NCBI GenBank assembly: GCA_044344195.1
Contig: JBIJDL010000002.1
Span: forward strand, 1-49,633
Source: Candidatus Hydrogenedentales bacterium
GTDB taxonomy: Bacteria > Hydrogenedentota > Hydrogenedentia > Hydrogenedentales > JAEUWI01
Direction of reading: 5' to 3'
Length of the DNA stretch: 49,633 nt
The first letter of the stretch is position 1, and the number at the start of each line of letters is the position of its first letter. Under the pieces are notes generated by a model. That model saw only the letters and a list, made by a program, of their open reading frames with translations, made no database searches and was not told the origin of the DNA. The translations under genes and the position numbers were made by a program. Of the stretch, positions 8,666 through 16,953 are shown one piece after another.

Positions 8666-9773
8666 CTTGATGCCCATGTCCGATCTGGCCATTCCCCCCG
8701 GGGAATACCTGGAAGAAGTCCTTGATTCCCTCGGGATGAGCAAGGATGAATTGGCCCAGCGCATGGGACGTCCCTCTCCGAAGCTGAGCGCCATATTCAA
8801 CGGAACCAAGGCCATCACCCCGGAGACGGCCCTTCAATTGGAGCGGGCGACGGGCGTCGCAGCCCGCATTTGGTCGTCCCTTGAATCAGAGTATCGTCTC
8901 ATACGCGCGCGTCAGAAATGGGAAGACGAGCGGGCCGCCCTGAAAGGGGAGGAGCGTCAAGTCAACGACTATGGATTTGCGTCTCTAGTCGCGTTGGGGA
9001 TGGTGTCCGATCTTCAAACCCCAAGAGAGCGGGCTGAGGAATTGAGGCGCTACTTTGGCGTTTCAGCCCTGTCGAATATTGCCACGCTCAGGCGCTACGA
9101 GCCCATTTTCCGATCGCGGCGGGGCCGCACTGCGGCAGACGCCCGCGCGACGGCCGCCTGGCTACGGTACGCCGAACTAAAGGGCCAGCAAATTGAGTGT
9201 GCTCCCCTCGACCGGCGGGCACTCCTGGCCAGCCTGGCGGACCTGCGCGCCCTTTCGTGCGGCCAGCCGCAGGATTATCTTCCTGCACTCAAGTCTGCCC
9301 TGGCAGCGCTTGGTGTTGCCTTCGTTTTTATTCCGCCAGGCGTACCCCAAGGCGCCCGAGGGGCCGTCTTCTGGTTGGGACCGGAAAAGGCCGTCATATT
9401 ATTGGAAGATATTGACCTCTGCACCGACAGTTTCTGGATCTTCGTCTTTCATGCGCTTGGACACGTTTTGTTGCATGCGAAGGAGGGGACCATCGTCGAA
9501 TGGGATAAGCCCGAACCTCAGGAGACCCAGCGGGAATTCGAGGCGGGCCGCTTTGCCCTTGATACGCTCATTGAGCTTCGGATTTATCAGCGTTTCGTTG
9601 CCCGTGGCGTATTCACCAAGCCTTCCATATTCCAGTGCGCCGCCGAATTGACCGTCCATCCGGCCTTGGTTTTGTGCAGGCTGCAAATGGAGGGCTTTGT
9701 GGGCAGAGATACACCGTTAAATCGGTTACTTCATCGAGTCAGCGCGCCAGTCTATGGACAGGGAGCTCTGTGA
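8655..9773 (+). CDS. HigA-type HTH (XRE) antitoxin fused to an ImmA/IrrE (Peptidase_M78/DUF955)-like domain with a degenerate metal motif
   Basis: The N-terminus IPPGEYLEEVLDSLGMSKDELAQRMGRPSPKLSAIFNGTKAITPETALQLERATG is the HigA/VapI HTH pattern. The C-terminal FHALGHVLLH ... EFEAGRFALDTLI aligns with the ImmA/IrrE HExxH ... ExxANxFAxxLL blocks, but with Ala in place of the catalytic Glu. Confidence 0.75.
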   Translation: MATNLMPMSDLAIPPGEYLEEVLDSLGMSKDELAQRMGRPSPKLSAIFNGTKAITPETALQLERATGVAARIWSSLESEYRLIRARQKWEDERAALKGEERQVNDYGFASLVALGMVSDLQTPRERAEELRRYFGVSALSNIATLRRYEPIFRSRRGRTAADARATAAWLRYAELKGQQIECAPLDRRALLASLADLRALSCGQPQDYLPALKSALAALGVAFVFIPPGVPQGARGAVFWLGPEKAVILLEDIDLCTDSFWIFVFHALGHVLLHAKEGTIVEWDKPEPQETQREFEAGRFALDTLIELRIYQRFVARGVFTKPSIFQCAAELTVHPALVLCRLQMEGFVGRDTPLNRLLHRVSAPVYGQGAL

Positions 9774-10876
9774 AAAAAAAGCTCGTCAAAAAAAAGAAGC
9801 GCTCCCAGGTCCGTACCCGTAATTGGGACGAGGCCCACGAAACCGCCTTCACGCATGATCGCGCGCGGCACCGACGCGCCCAATCGGCCATCTCGGATTC
9901 CGCCGTGGACTTGAATCCGCTTGTCACGGATTTCGTTCCGAATGCTCTGGTCATCTCCCACTCGAAGAAATGGGCCTTTGTGCTCAAGGATGGCGACGAG
10001 GAGCTCTGCCTCATCGACGAGCGCCTCAAGGAAGACCGCGCCACGCTACTGGCGCCGGGCGACAAGGTCTTTGTCGAGCGCGATGAGGAGAAGTGGGTCG
10101 TCCGGGGCGTGGGGCCTCGGCGGACGCGCCTGAGCCGTCCCGGCCACGAGCACGACCGGCTGGACGAGCAGATCTTCGCGGCGAACATCGACCTGCTGGT
10201 TATCGTCACCGCCGCCGCCGATCCGCCCTTTCGACCAGGCCTGGTGGATCGCTATCTCATTGCCGCCGAAGTGGGTGGCGTGGAGTGCGTGATCTGTGTG
10301 AACAAGATGGACCTTATCGAAGACGAAGAGCCCCCGGAACTCGCGGACTACGAGCGCCTGGGCTTCCGCGTGGTCCGCACCAGTTGCGAATCGGGTCGGG
10401 GTCTGGATGATCTCCGGGCGCTATTGTCCGGCAAGCTGAGCATCCTATCCGGCCACAGTGGCGTGGGGAAGTCGTCCCTGCTTAATGCGCTGGACAGCGA
10501 TCTCGAAGTGCACACCCAGCAGGTGAGCGGCGTGTCTCATCGCGGCCGCCATACGACCACGGCCTCGCGCCTCTACGAGCTCGAAGGCGATGTCCGCATC
10601 ATCGACACCCCGGGTATCCGCGCGCTGGGCGTCTGGGGTGTGACCCCGCAGGAAGTGTCGTGGTTTTATCCCGACCTCGCCGCCCTCGGCATGCAATGCC
10701 GCTTCCGCGATTGCAGCCACACCCACGAGCCCGACTGCGCCGTGGCCGCCGCCGTGAACGCCGGCGAACTCCTGCCCTGGCGTTATGAATCCTACCTCCG
10801 CATCAGGATGAGCATGGAAGAGGAGCAGAACGGCCCCTTCGGCGACAAGTACAGCAGCAAGCCTTCGGATTACTGA
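9770..10876 (+). CDS. rsgA: Ribosome small-subunit-dependent GTPase A
   Basis: Circularly permuted GTPase: NKMDL (G4) precedes GHSGVGKSSLLNAL (G1) and DTPG. C-terminal zinc knuckle CRFRDCSHTHEPDCAV. The putative GTG start at 9770 overlaps the higA-like stop (GTGA). An alternative GTG lies at 9905. The ORF-track start at 9635 lies inside the upstream gene. Confidence 0.9.
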   Translation: MKKKLVKKKKRSQVRTRNWDEAHETAFTHDRARHRRAQSAISDSAVDLNPLVTDFVPNALVISHSKKWAFVLKDGDEELCLIDERLKEDRATLLAPGDKVFVERDEEKWVVRGVGPRRTRLSRPGHEHDRLDEQIFAANIDLLVIVTAAADPPFRPGLVDRYLIAAEVGGVECVICVNKMDLIEDEEPPELADYERLGFRVVRTSCESGRGLDDLRALLSGKLSILSGHSGVGKSSLLNALDSDLEVHTQQVSGVSHRGRHTTTASRLYELEGDVRIIDTPGIRALGVWGVTPQEVSWFYPDLAALGMQCRFRDCSHTHEPDCAVAAAVNAGELLPWRYESYLRIRMSMEEEQNGPFGDKYSSKPSDY

Positions 10877-10877
10877 C

Positions 10878-11228
10878 GGGGACTGTTGCCGATTGGCACA
10901 TGTCTTCGATATTGCGACGAACCGTCTTCCCAATCGGAAACTGTCCCCGCCTGAGAATCCACGTTTCCTCATGGCTACAGCCACCCGCTTCACAGGTCGC
11001 TGGAGCGCGTGCGCGGTGGAGTCACCTTGGGCGCGGGAGGCAGTCCCCGGGGACTGTTGCCGATGGGCGCACGATTTCGACCTCGCGTCTTGTCGTCCAC
11101 CCAATCGGAAAAGCCCCCCTGAAGAACCGTGGGGATAGAGACGTTTCCTCATGGGTACAGCCACCCGCTTCGCAGGTCGCTGGAGCGCGTGCGCGGCATA
11201 ATCACTCAAGGCGCGGGAGGCAGTCCCC
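10878..11228. repeat. Tandem pair of structured repeat units (171 and 180 nt)
   Basis: Unit 1 is 10878-11048 and unit 2 is 11049-11228. Each begins GGGGACTGTTGCCGAT and ends GGCGCGGGAGGCAGTCCCC, so the termini GGGGACTG/CAGTCCCC are inverted. Each has an internal hairpin (GGGGACTGTTGCCGATTGG ... CCAATCGGAAACTGTCCCC in unit 1). Both share a 56-nt nearly identical core, ACGTTTCCTCATGGNTACAGCCACCCGCTTCNCAGGTCGCTGGAGCGCGTGCGCGG. Confidence 0.85.
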
Positions 11229-11263
11229 GAACTTCCCGACTGACACGTACTGAGTGCATTTCA

Positions 11264-11291
11264 TTGAAAACTATTCCAAAATAAGTAGAAT
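11264..11291 (+). promoter_or_regulatory. Sigma-70-like promoter in an AT-rich patch
   Basis: TTGAAA (11264-11269), 16-nt spacer, TAGAAT (11286-11291), upstream of the 62-aa ORF. Confidence 0.4.
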
Positions 11292-11416
11292 ACAAATATT
11301 GTGTTCCAATACGGACCATTCTCTGTACTTTCTGTCCGAAAATACGACTATATAGGCAGAAGTCAACAGTGAGGCTTCGAAGGTAGTCGGATTGGGTACT
11401 TCGGAGAACGCGTAAC

Positions 11417-11605
11417 ATGGCTGTATTTGAGTTTTCCGCCAAGTCGGCGGATAGTCTTGAAGACAAGGCGCAAGGGACGATTATCGCCCGGGACAAATTG
11501 GACGCCTTCGACAAGTTGATGCGACTTCATTACACGAACATTAAGTTGAAGCCCGTTCGAGGAATTCAGGCCTTCTTCAAGCAATGGAGCGCCGACGTTA
11601 ACTGA
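11417..11605 (+). CDS. 62-aa protein resembling the extreme N-terminus of GspF/PilC platform proteins (orphan or gene remnant)
   Basis: MAVFEFSAKSADSLEDKAQGTIIARDKLDAFDKLMRL follows the GspF/PilC N-terminal pattern (MAxFEYxAxDxxGxxxxGxIxAxSxxxAxxxLRxxG). GGAGA lies 9 nt upstream of the ATG. It is flanked by its own promoter-like and terminator-like signals. No continuation of a GspF frame exists downstream. Confidence 0.4.
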   Translation: MAVFEFSAKSADSLEDKAQGTIIARDKLDAFDKLMRLHYTNIKLKPVRGIQAFFKQWSADVN

Positions 11606-11710
11606 ACCTGCACGATCCAGACCGCCGTAGCGGCTGGGCTGTCAAAAATCTTCGCACACCACTGTAGGCTGAATCGCGGCACCCCGTGTCGCGCCAAGGC
11701 GCTACAGCGC

Positions 11711-11750
11711 AACACTCCCCGCTAAACCCCCGGGGAGTGTTTGTGATTTT
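11711..11750 (+). terminator. Rho-independent terminator candidate
   Basis: AACACTCCCC (11711-11720) pairs with GGGGAGTGTT (11732-11741), followed by TGTGATTTT. Confidence 0.55.
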
Positions 11751-11900
11751 AGGAGGGCTTTTGGGGAAAGAGCCGTTGCGGAGGACCGCAAATGAATCTT
11801 CGTCGGTCACAGGGACGGCAGCGACATCAGGGACAACAGGCAACAATCAATTTACCGAACCCGAACACCCGAAAATATTCTGTCCCGAGTACACTGGCCC

Positions 11901-13340
11901 TCAGGCCATCAATTCGGGCCGGACTACCCCGTGCACGTCGGTCAAGCGGAAATCCCGGCCTTGATAGTGGTACGTCAGCTTTTCATGGTTGAAGCCCATG
12001 AGATGCATGATCGTGGCCTGAAGATCGTGGATGTGGACCGGGTTTTCCGCAATCCGATAGCCGAGTTCGTCCGTCTGGCCGATTTGCGCGCCCGCGTTGC
12101 AGCCGCCGCCCGCCATGAAGATGGTGAAGGCGTGGGGGTGGTGATCGCGGCCCAGGAACTTGGAGCCGTCGCGCGCTTCGTTCATGGCCGTGCGCCCGAA
12201 CTCTCCGGTCCAGATGACCAAGGTGTCTTCCAGCAGGCCACGTTGCTTCAAATCGCGGATAAGCGCGCCCGCCGCCTGGTCGGTCAGTTTACACTTCTGC
12301 GGAAGGTACTCGACGATATCGTTTCCGGGGCCGGCACCGTGGGTGTCCCAGCCCCAGTCGAAAAGCTGTACGAAGCGCACGCCCTTCTCGACCAGCCGTC
12401 GGGCCAGTAGGCAATTGTTGGCGAAAGACGTTGTGCCTGGTTTGGTGCCGTACATTTCATGGATGTAGTCTGGCTCCGCGCCAATGTCCATCACTTCCGG
12501 GACGGAAAGCTGCATGCGGTAGGCCAGTTCGAACTGGGAAATGCGCGTCTTCGTCTCCGGGTCCGCGTCTTTCTCGAAGTGGAGTTCGTTCAGGTCGTTC
12601 AGCGTGTCCAGTGAACGCCGACGGGTCTCCCGCGAGATGCCTTTGGGGTCGGAGACGTACAGCACAGGATCGCCGCTCGTGCGGCATTGCACGCCCTGGT
12701 GTATGGTGGGGAGGAAGCCGCTGCCCCACACGCTCTGGCCCGCGTCGGGCGTTTTGTCGCCCGACACAAGCACGACAAAACCCGGCAGGTTCTGGTTCTC
12801 CGAGCCGAGGCCGTAGGTAAGCCAGGAGCCCATGGAGGGACGGCCCGGTCGGGGGGCGCCGGTGTAGAGAAAGAGCTGGGCCGGGGCATGGTTGAACTGG
12901 TCGGTCTTCATGGAGCGCACCATGCACAATTCATCGGCCACACCGGACAGGTGAGGCAGGAGTTCCGAAATCCAGGCACCGCTCTGGCCGTGCTGCGCGA
13001 ATTTGTGGGGCGAGCCCAACATGGTGGGGTGGCCCTTGATGAAGGCGAAGCGTTCGTTCGCCAGGAACTCATCGGGACACTTCTGGCCATTCAACTCATT
13101 GAGCTTGGGCTTGTAGTCGAAGAGGTCAAGCTGGGACGGCGAACCGGCCATGTGGAGACAGATGACGCGCTTGGCGCGGGGCGTGAACTGGGCACCGCGC
13201 GGACCTTCCGGCGTAAGCACTGCGCTGGCGGGGTTCTGGCCCATAAGGCAGCTCAAGGCCGCCGCACCAATGCCCGCGCCGGCGCGCTCAAGGAAGTGGC
13301 GGCGGGTGAGGGCGTGCATGTGGTCCATGTAAGGATTCAT
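11901..13340 (-). CDS. DUF1501 domain protein (sulfatase-fold, TAT signal)
   Basis: TAT motif TRRHFLERAGAGIGAAAL. Characteristic DUF1501 blocks DWGWDTHG and GRDHHPHAFTIFMAGGG. It lies immediately downstream of a DUF1549/DUF1553 gene, the canonical PVC pair. Confidence 0.9.
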   Translation of the reverse strand: MNPYMDHMHALTRRHFLERAGAGIGAAALSCLMGQNPASAVLTPEGPRGAQFTPRAKRVICLHMAGSPSQLDLFDYKPKLNELNGQKCPDEFLANERFAFIKGHPTMLGSPHKFAQHGQSGAWISELLPHLSGVADELCMVRSMKTDQFNHAPAQLFLYTGAPRPGRPSMGSWLTYGLGSENQNLPGFVVLVSGDKTPDAGQSVWGSGFLPTIHQGVQCRTSGDPVLYVSDPKGISRETRRRSLDTLNDLNELHFEKDADPETKTRISQFELAYRMQLSVPEVMDIGAEPDYIHEMYGTKPGTTSFANNCLLARRLVEKGVRFVQLFDWGWDTHGAGPGNDIVEYLPQKCKLTDQAAGALIRDLKQRGLLEDTLVIWTGEFGRTAMNEARDGSKFLGRDHHPHAFTIFMAGGGCNAGAQIGQTDELGYRIAENPVHIHDLQATIMHLMGFNHEKLTYHYQGRDFRLTDVHGVVRPELMA

Positions 13341-13374
13341 AGGGCTTTTCTCTTTTTATTTTGGGCCGTCACGG

Positions 13375-16323
13375 CTATCGTTTGGTCAACACTTCATCCA
13401 GATTCAACAATACATTGCTCACCAGGGTCCACGAGGCCAACTCCGCGTTGTCGGTGTTTCCCGTGGGCGGCCCGAGCGGGTTTGTGGCCATGGCCAATGC
13501 GATTTCGCCATCGGCGGAGTACTGAGCCACGCCATCATTGTACAAGGCCTTTACGGATTCCATCTCGGCCGCTTCCGGCGGGCGCGATGCTGCAAGCAGA
13601 TAGGCATAGCGGATCCGGCTTTCCAGGTCGGGCGCAGGGGCCTCCTGGAGCACGCGGCGGGCCATGGCCTGAGCGGCTTCAATATAGGCCGGGTCATTCA
13701 ACGTAACGAGCGCCTGCAGGGGCGTGTTCGTGCGAATACGCCGGACGGTGCAGACCTCGCGTGAGGGGGCGTCGAAAGCGACCATGGAGGGATAGGGCAT
13801 GGTGCGCCGCCAGTAGGTGTACAGCGCGCGACGGTACTTGTCCTCGCCGGTGCTTTCTTTCCATTGGTCGCCGCTGTAGACCACCTGCCAGATGCCTTCT
13901 GGTTGGGGCGGCATGACCGAGGGGCCGTGGAGCTTCGCGCTCAGCAAACCTGCCGAGGCCAGCGCCTGATCGCGCACCATCTCGGCTTCCAGGCGGAAGC
14001 GGGGTCCCCGAGCGAGGAGTCGGTTGTAGGGGTCCTTTTCCAGGCGGTCCTGGGTCACGGTGGGGGCTTGACGGTAGGTGGCCGAGGTGACGATGGTTCG
14101 GCAGAGGTTCTTCATGGACCAGCCCTGCTCCATAAAATCCACGGCGAGCCAGTCGAGGAGGGCCTGGTTGGAGGGCATTTCGCCCTGAGTGCCGAAGTCT
14201 TCGGCCGTCTCGACCAGACCGACGCCGAAGAACTGGCCCCAGAAGCGGTTGACCAGTACACGGGCGGCGAGGGGGTTGTTCTCGTCGACCAACCATTTCG
14301 CCAGGCCCAGCCGATTGCGGGGGGCGTCATAGGGCAGGGAGTGCAAGGCGGCAGGGGTGCCGGGTATCACTTCCTCACCGGGGCTCAGAAAGCTGCCCTT
14401 TTCAAACATGCGGGTAAGGCGCCGCTCCGTGGGACTCAGCTCGCGCAGCACGGGGATTTTGGGCACGGCCGTATTGACCCGATCAATCTCGGCCTTCATC
14501 TGGGCAATCTGATCGCGGAACATTGAAAGTTCCGGTGCGATGTTCTCTCTGTAGTAGTTGAGCAGCTCCACCGCCTGCTCCGGCGTGCGCTGATTGGCGG
14601 GCATCTTCGCGAGGTTCACGATGTTCTCGGGCAGTCCCTGGTAGGGGCTCTCATAGGAGAAGGCATATTCTCCGCCCGCGTTCACCACTTTCATCAGCAG
14701 CAGGTTCTCGCCGGGCTGAAGGCTCAACTGGACGGCGTCGGAGCCTTGGGTGATGGCGCGGGCAATTTTGTTGCCATGGACCAGCACGCCGTTCAGCCAG
14801 ATCATGATGGCGTCGTTGCTGCCGACCTTGATGGGATAGGGGAGCGCCGATTCGCTGCGGATCGTGCGGCGCAGGTAGGTGATGGCCGGGCCACCGCCCT
14901 CCAGTTTCTGGATTGCGCCGTCGGCCCAATCAGGACGCGTCTGCCAGGCGTAGCCCTCGGGTGCGACCAGATCCTTCGAAGCCGGATCGATTCCGCCCGT
15001 TGCGTCATAGGCGATTTCAAAATTCTCCTCGGGAATTGGGCCGAGGGATTCCCAGCCGGATACCACTGGCGCGCCGTTGCCTTCCGTCACCAGTTTCTGT
15101 TCCCAGGCTTCCTGACCTGCACTGCGGGCGGGCAGGGCCGTCTGGAGCATTGCAGTCACCTGCTGGAGCCGCGCATTCAGGAAGTCCAGTTCCTGCTGCT
15201 GCTCCGGCGTCGGCGAAGGTAGCACGGGGGATTCTTCCGGATAGAGGTCCGCGTCCTGGGTCTGGTTGAAGAAGGCGTAGAACTGGTAGAACTCTTTATT
15301 CGTGAGAGGGTCGTATTTATGGGTATGACACTGGGCACAGGCCATCGTGAGGCCCATCCACGCCGACATGGTCGTGTCGACGCGATCGATGATGGCCGCC
15401 GTCCGGAATTCCTCGTTGTCCGTGCCACCCTCGTCGTTCGTCATCGTGTTGCGGTGAAACGCCGTGGCAAGCTGCTGCTCCATCGTGGGCTCGGGCAGCA
15501 TGTCGCCCGCGATCTGCTCGATGGTGAACTGGTCGAAGGGCTTGTCCTGATTGAAGGCGTCGATGATCCAGTCGCGGTAACGCCACATGTCCCGGTGGCG
15601 GTCGGCCTCATAGCCTTTGGTGTCCGCGTAGCGCGCGAGGTCGAGCCAGACCCGGGCCCAGCGTTCGCCATAGCGCGGCGAGGCCAGCAGCTTCTCCACC
15701 AGCTTCTCATAGGCCACGGGGCTCGTGTCGGCGGCGAAGCCCTCCACCTCCGCCGGGGTGGGCGGGAGGCCCGTCAGGTCGAGGTAGACACGGCGGACAA
15801 GCGTATACTTGTCGGCTTCGGCGGTCGGCGCCAGTCCGGCTTCGTCCAGTCCCTTCGCGATGAAAAAATCGATGGCGTTGCGGAGCCAGGCCTGCTGGGA
15901 CGACGCGGGAAGGGGGGCCTTGGCGGGCTTCACGAAGGCCCAATGGGGTTCGTAGACCGCGCCCTCGGCAACCCACTGCTGCAACGTGGCGACGGTGGCC
16001 TCGTCCAGAGCGGGCCCCACCTGAATCGGTGGCATTCGGTCATCTTCGTCGTGGGTCAGGATGCGCTTGAAGAATTCGCCCTGGGTCGCGTCGCCGGGGA
16101 CGATGGCCTTCAGGCCGGTCTTGTATTCCGCCGTCGCCCCTTCAAAAGTGTCCAGGCGCAGGCCACCCTGCCGGGCCGCATCATCCGGGCCGTGGCACTT
16201 GAAGCATTTGCTCGACAGGATGGGCCTGATGTCGCGGCCGTAGGACAGTGGTGCGGCAATGGCGGGGAGGGAGAATCCGACCGCGAGGGATGCGACAAGG
16301 ATACAACGAATTTGATACGACAT
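13375..16323 (-). CDS. PSCyt1/DUF1549 (PSCyt2)/DUF1553 (PSD1) family protein
   Basis: Signal peptide, N-terminal CFKCHGPD haem-type motif, and central [11 protein letters not shown] (DUF1553 hallmark). An inserted beta-sandwich-like segment is present ([16 protein letters not shown]...[16 protein letters not shown]). 982 aa, paired with DUF1501. Confidence 0.9.
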   Translation of the reverse strand: MSYQIRCILVASLAVGFSLPAIAAPLSYGRDIRPILSSKCFKCHGPDDAARQGGLRLDTFEGATAEYKTGLKAIVPGDATQGEFFKRILTHDEDDRMPPIQVGPALDEATVATLQQWVAEGAVYEPHWAFVKPAKAPLPASSQQAWLRNAIDFFIAKGLDEAGLAPTAEADKYTLVRRVYLDLTGLPPTPAEVEGFAADTSPVAYEKLVEKLLASPRYGERWARVWLDLARYADTKGYEADRHRDMWRYRDWIIDAFNQDKPFDQFTIEQIAGDMLPEPTMEQQLATAFHRNTMTNDEGGTDNEEFRTAAIIDRVDTTMSAWMGLTMACAQCHTHKYDPLTNKEFYQFYAFFNQTQDADLYPEESPVLPSPTPEQQQELDFLNARLQQVTAMLQTALPARSAGQEAWEQKLVTEGNGAPVVSGWESLGPIPEENFEIAYDATGGIDPASKDLVAPEGYAWQTRPDWADGAIQKLEGGGPAITYLRRTIRSESALPYPIKVGSNDAIMIWLNGVLVHGNKIARAITQGSDAVQLSLQPGENLLLMKVVNAGGEYAFSYESPYQGLPENIVNLAKMPANQRTPEQAVELLNYYRENIAPELSMFRDQIAQMKAEIDRVNTAVPKIPVLRELSPTERRLTRMFEKGSFLSPGEEVIPGTPAALHSLPYDAPRNRLGLAKWLVDENNPLAARVLVNRFWGQFFGVGLVETAEDFGTQGEMPSNQALLDWLAVDFMEQGWSMKNLCRTIVTSATYRQAPTVTQDRLEKDPYNRLLARGPRFRLEAEMVRDQALASAGLLSAKLHGPSVMPPQPEGIWQVVYSGDQWKESTGEDKYRRALYTYWRRTMPYPSMVAFDAPSREVCTVRRIRTNTPLQALVTLNDPAYIEAAQAMARRVLQEAPAPDLESRIRYAYLLAASRPPEAAEMESVKALYNDGVAQYSADGEIALAMATNPLGPPTGNTDNAELASWTLVSNVLLNLDEVLTKR

Positions 16324-16553
16324 GACAAGAATACCTCACTGAGGGGGGGGACGGCACACTTGGTCCCCGGAGGCTCAAGAGTACACCAAGGGGCGCGAAA
16401 TTGCAAAAGCGGTGCGGGGCCACACAACAGCACTGAGCCGCGAGCGAAGGCCAATATACGCGAATTCCGGGTGGGGCCGTGATTGACCATGGAAGGGCAC
16501 GGAAATTCACGGAAACGTACATATTCAATACGCTTTAGGAAGACCGAACTCGT

Positions 16554-16578
16554 AAACGCAAACTGGAACTTTGCGTTT
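16554..16578. promoter_or_regulatory. Perfect 9-bp-arm palindrome in a 570-bp divergent intergenic region
   Basis: AAACGCAAA-ctggaac-TTTGCGTTT sits in a lower-GC patch between divergently transcribed genes. It is a possible operator. It is not a terminator, because both genes point away from it. Confidence 0.4.
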
Positions 16579-16953
16579 ATTCGCGGTTCAAATTACTTTT
16601 GGTTTCTTTTCAATTGATTCGCGAGAATCTGCGTAAATTTTCTGGCCCGCTCTCTTGGTTGCGACCAGCGGCTGCTCCAGGTTCATTCATGGTTAAAAGT
16701 TTCAGTCTTGGACAGTTTCTTCGCTAACGCTCGCGCGCGCTATGACCAGATACATTTGTCCTGTTTCTCCAGGGGTCTTAAGACCAGTCCGTTTCCGCTC
16801 AGATCAGGCTCGGCGCTTGAAATCGGAGAGGTGCCAATCTACTATTGATAGTGGGGGGTAGGACCGCACTTTTCAGCAGCGGCATGCAACCGACCGACTT
16901 TGGCCTTGTCCCGGCGACGGCCTGAGCCGGATATACTGCAGACAGGAGGAATC

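Noticed and set aside
10445-11209. 254-aa minus-strand ORF and the plus-strand ORFs 10893-11138 and 10900-11253 across the tandem repeats
   Set aside because: Their repetitive peptide sequence (for example ...HALQRPAKRVAVPMRKR... twice) is simply the translation of the two repeat units, and the minus-strand ORF also overlaps the rsgA 3' end antisense.
16570-16600. GGTTCAAAT string reminiscent of a tRNA T-loop
   Set aside because: No flanking stem complementarity or cloverleaf can be drawn. It is an AT-rich spacer.
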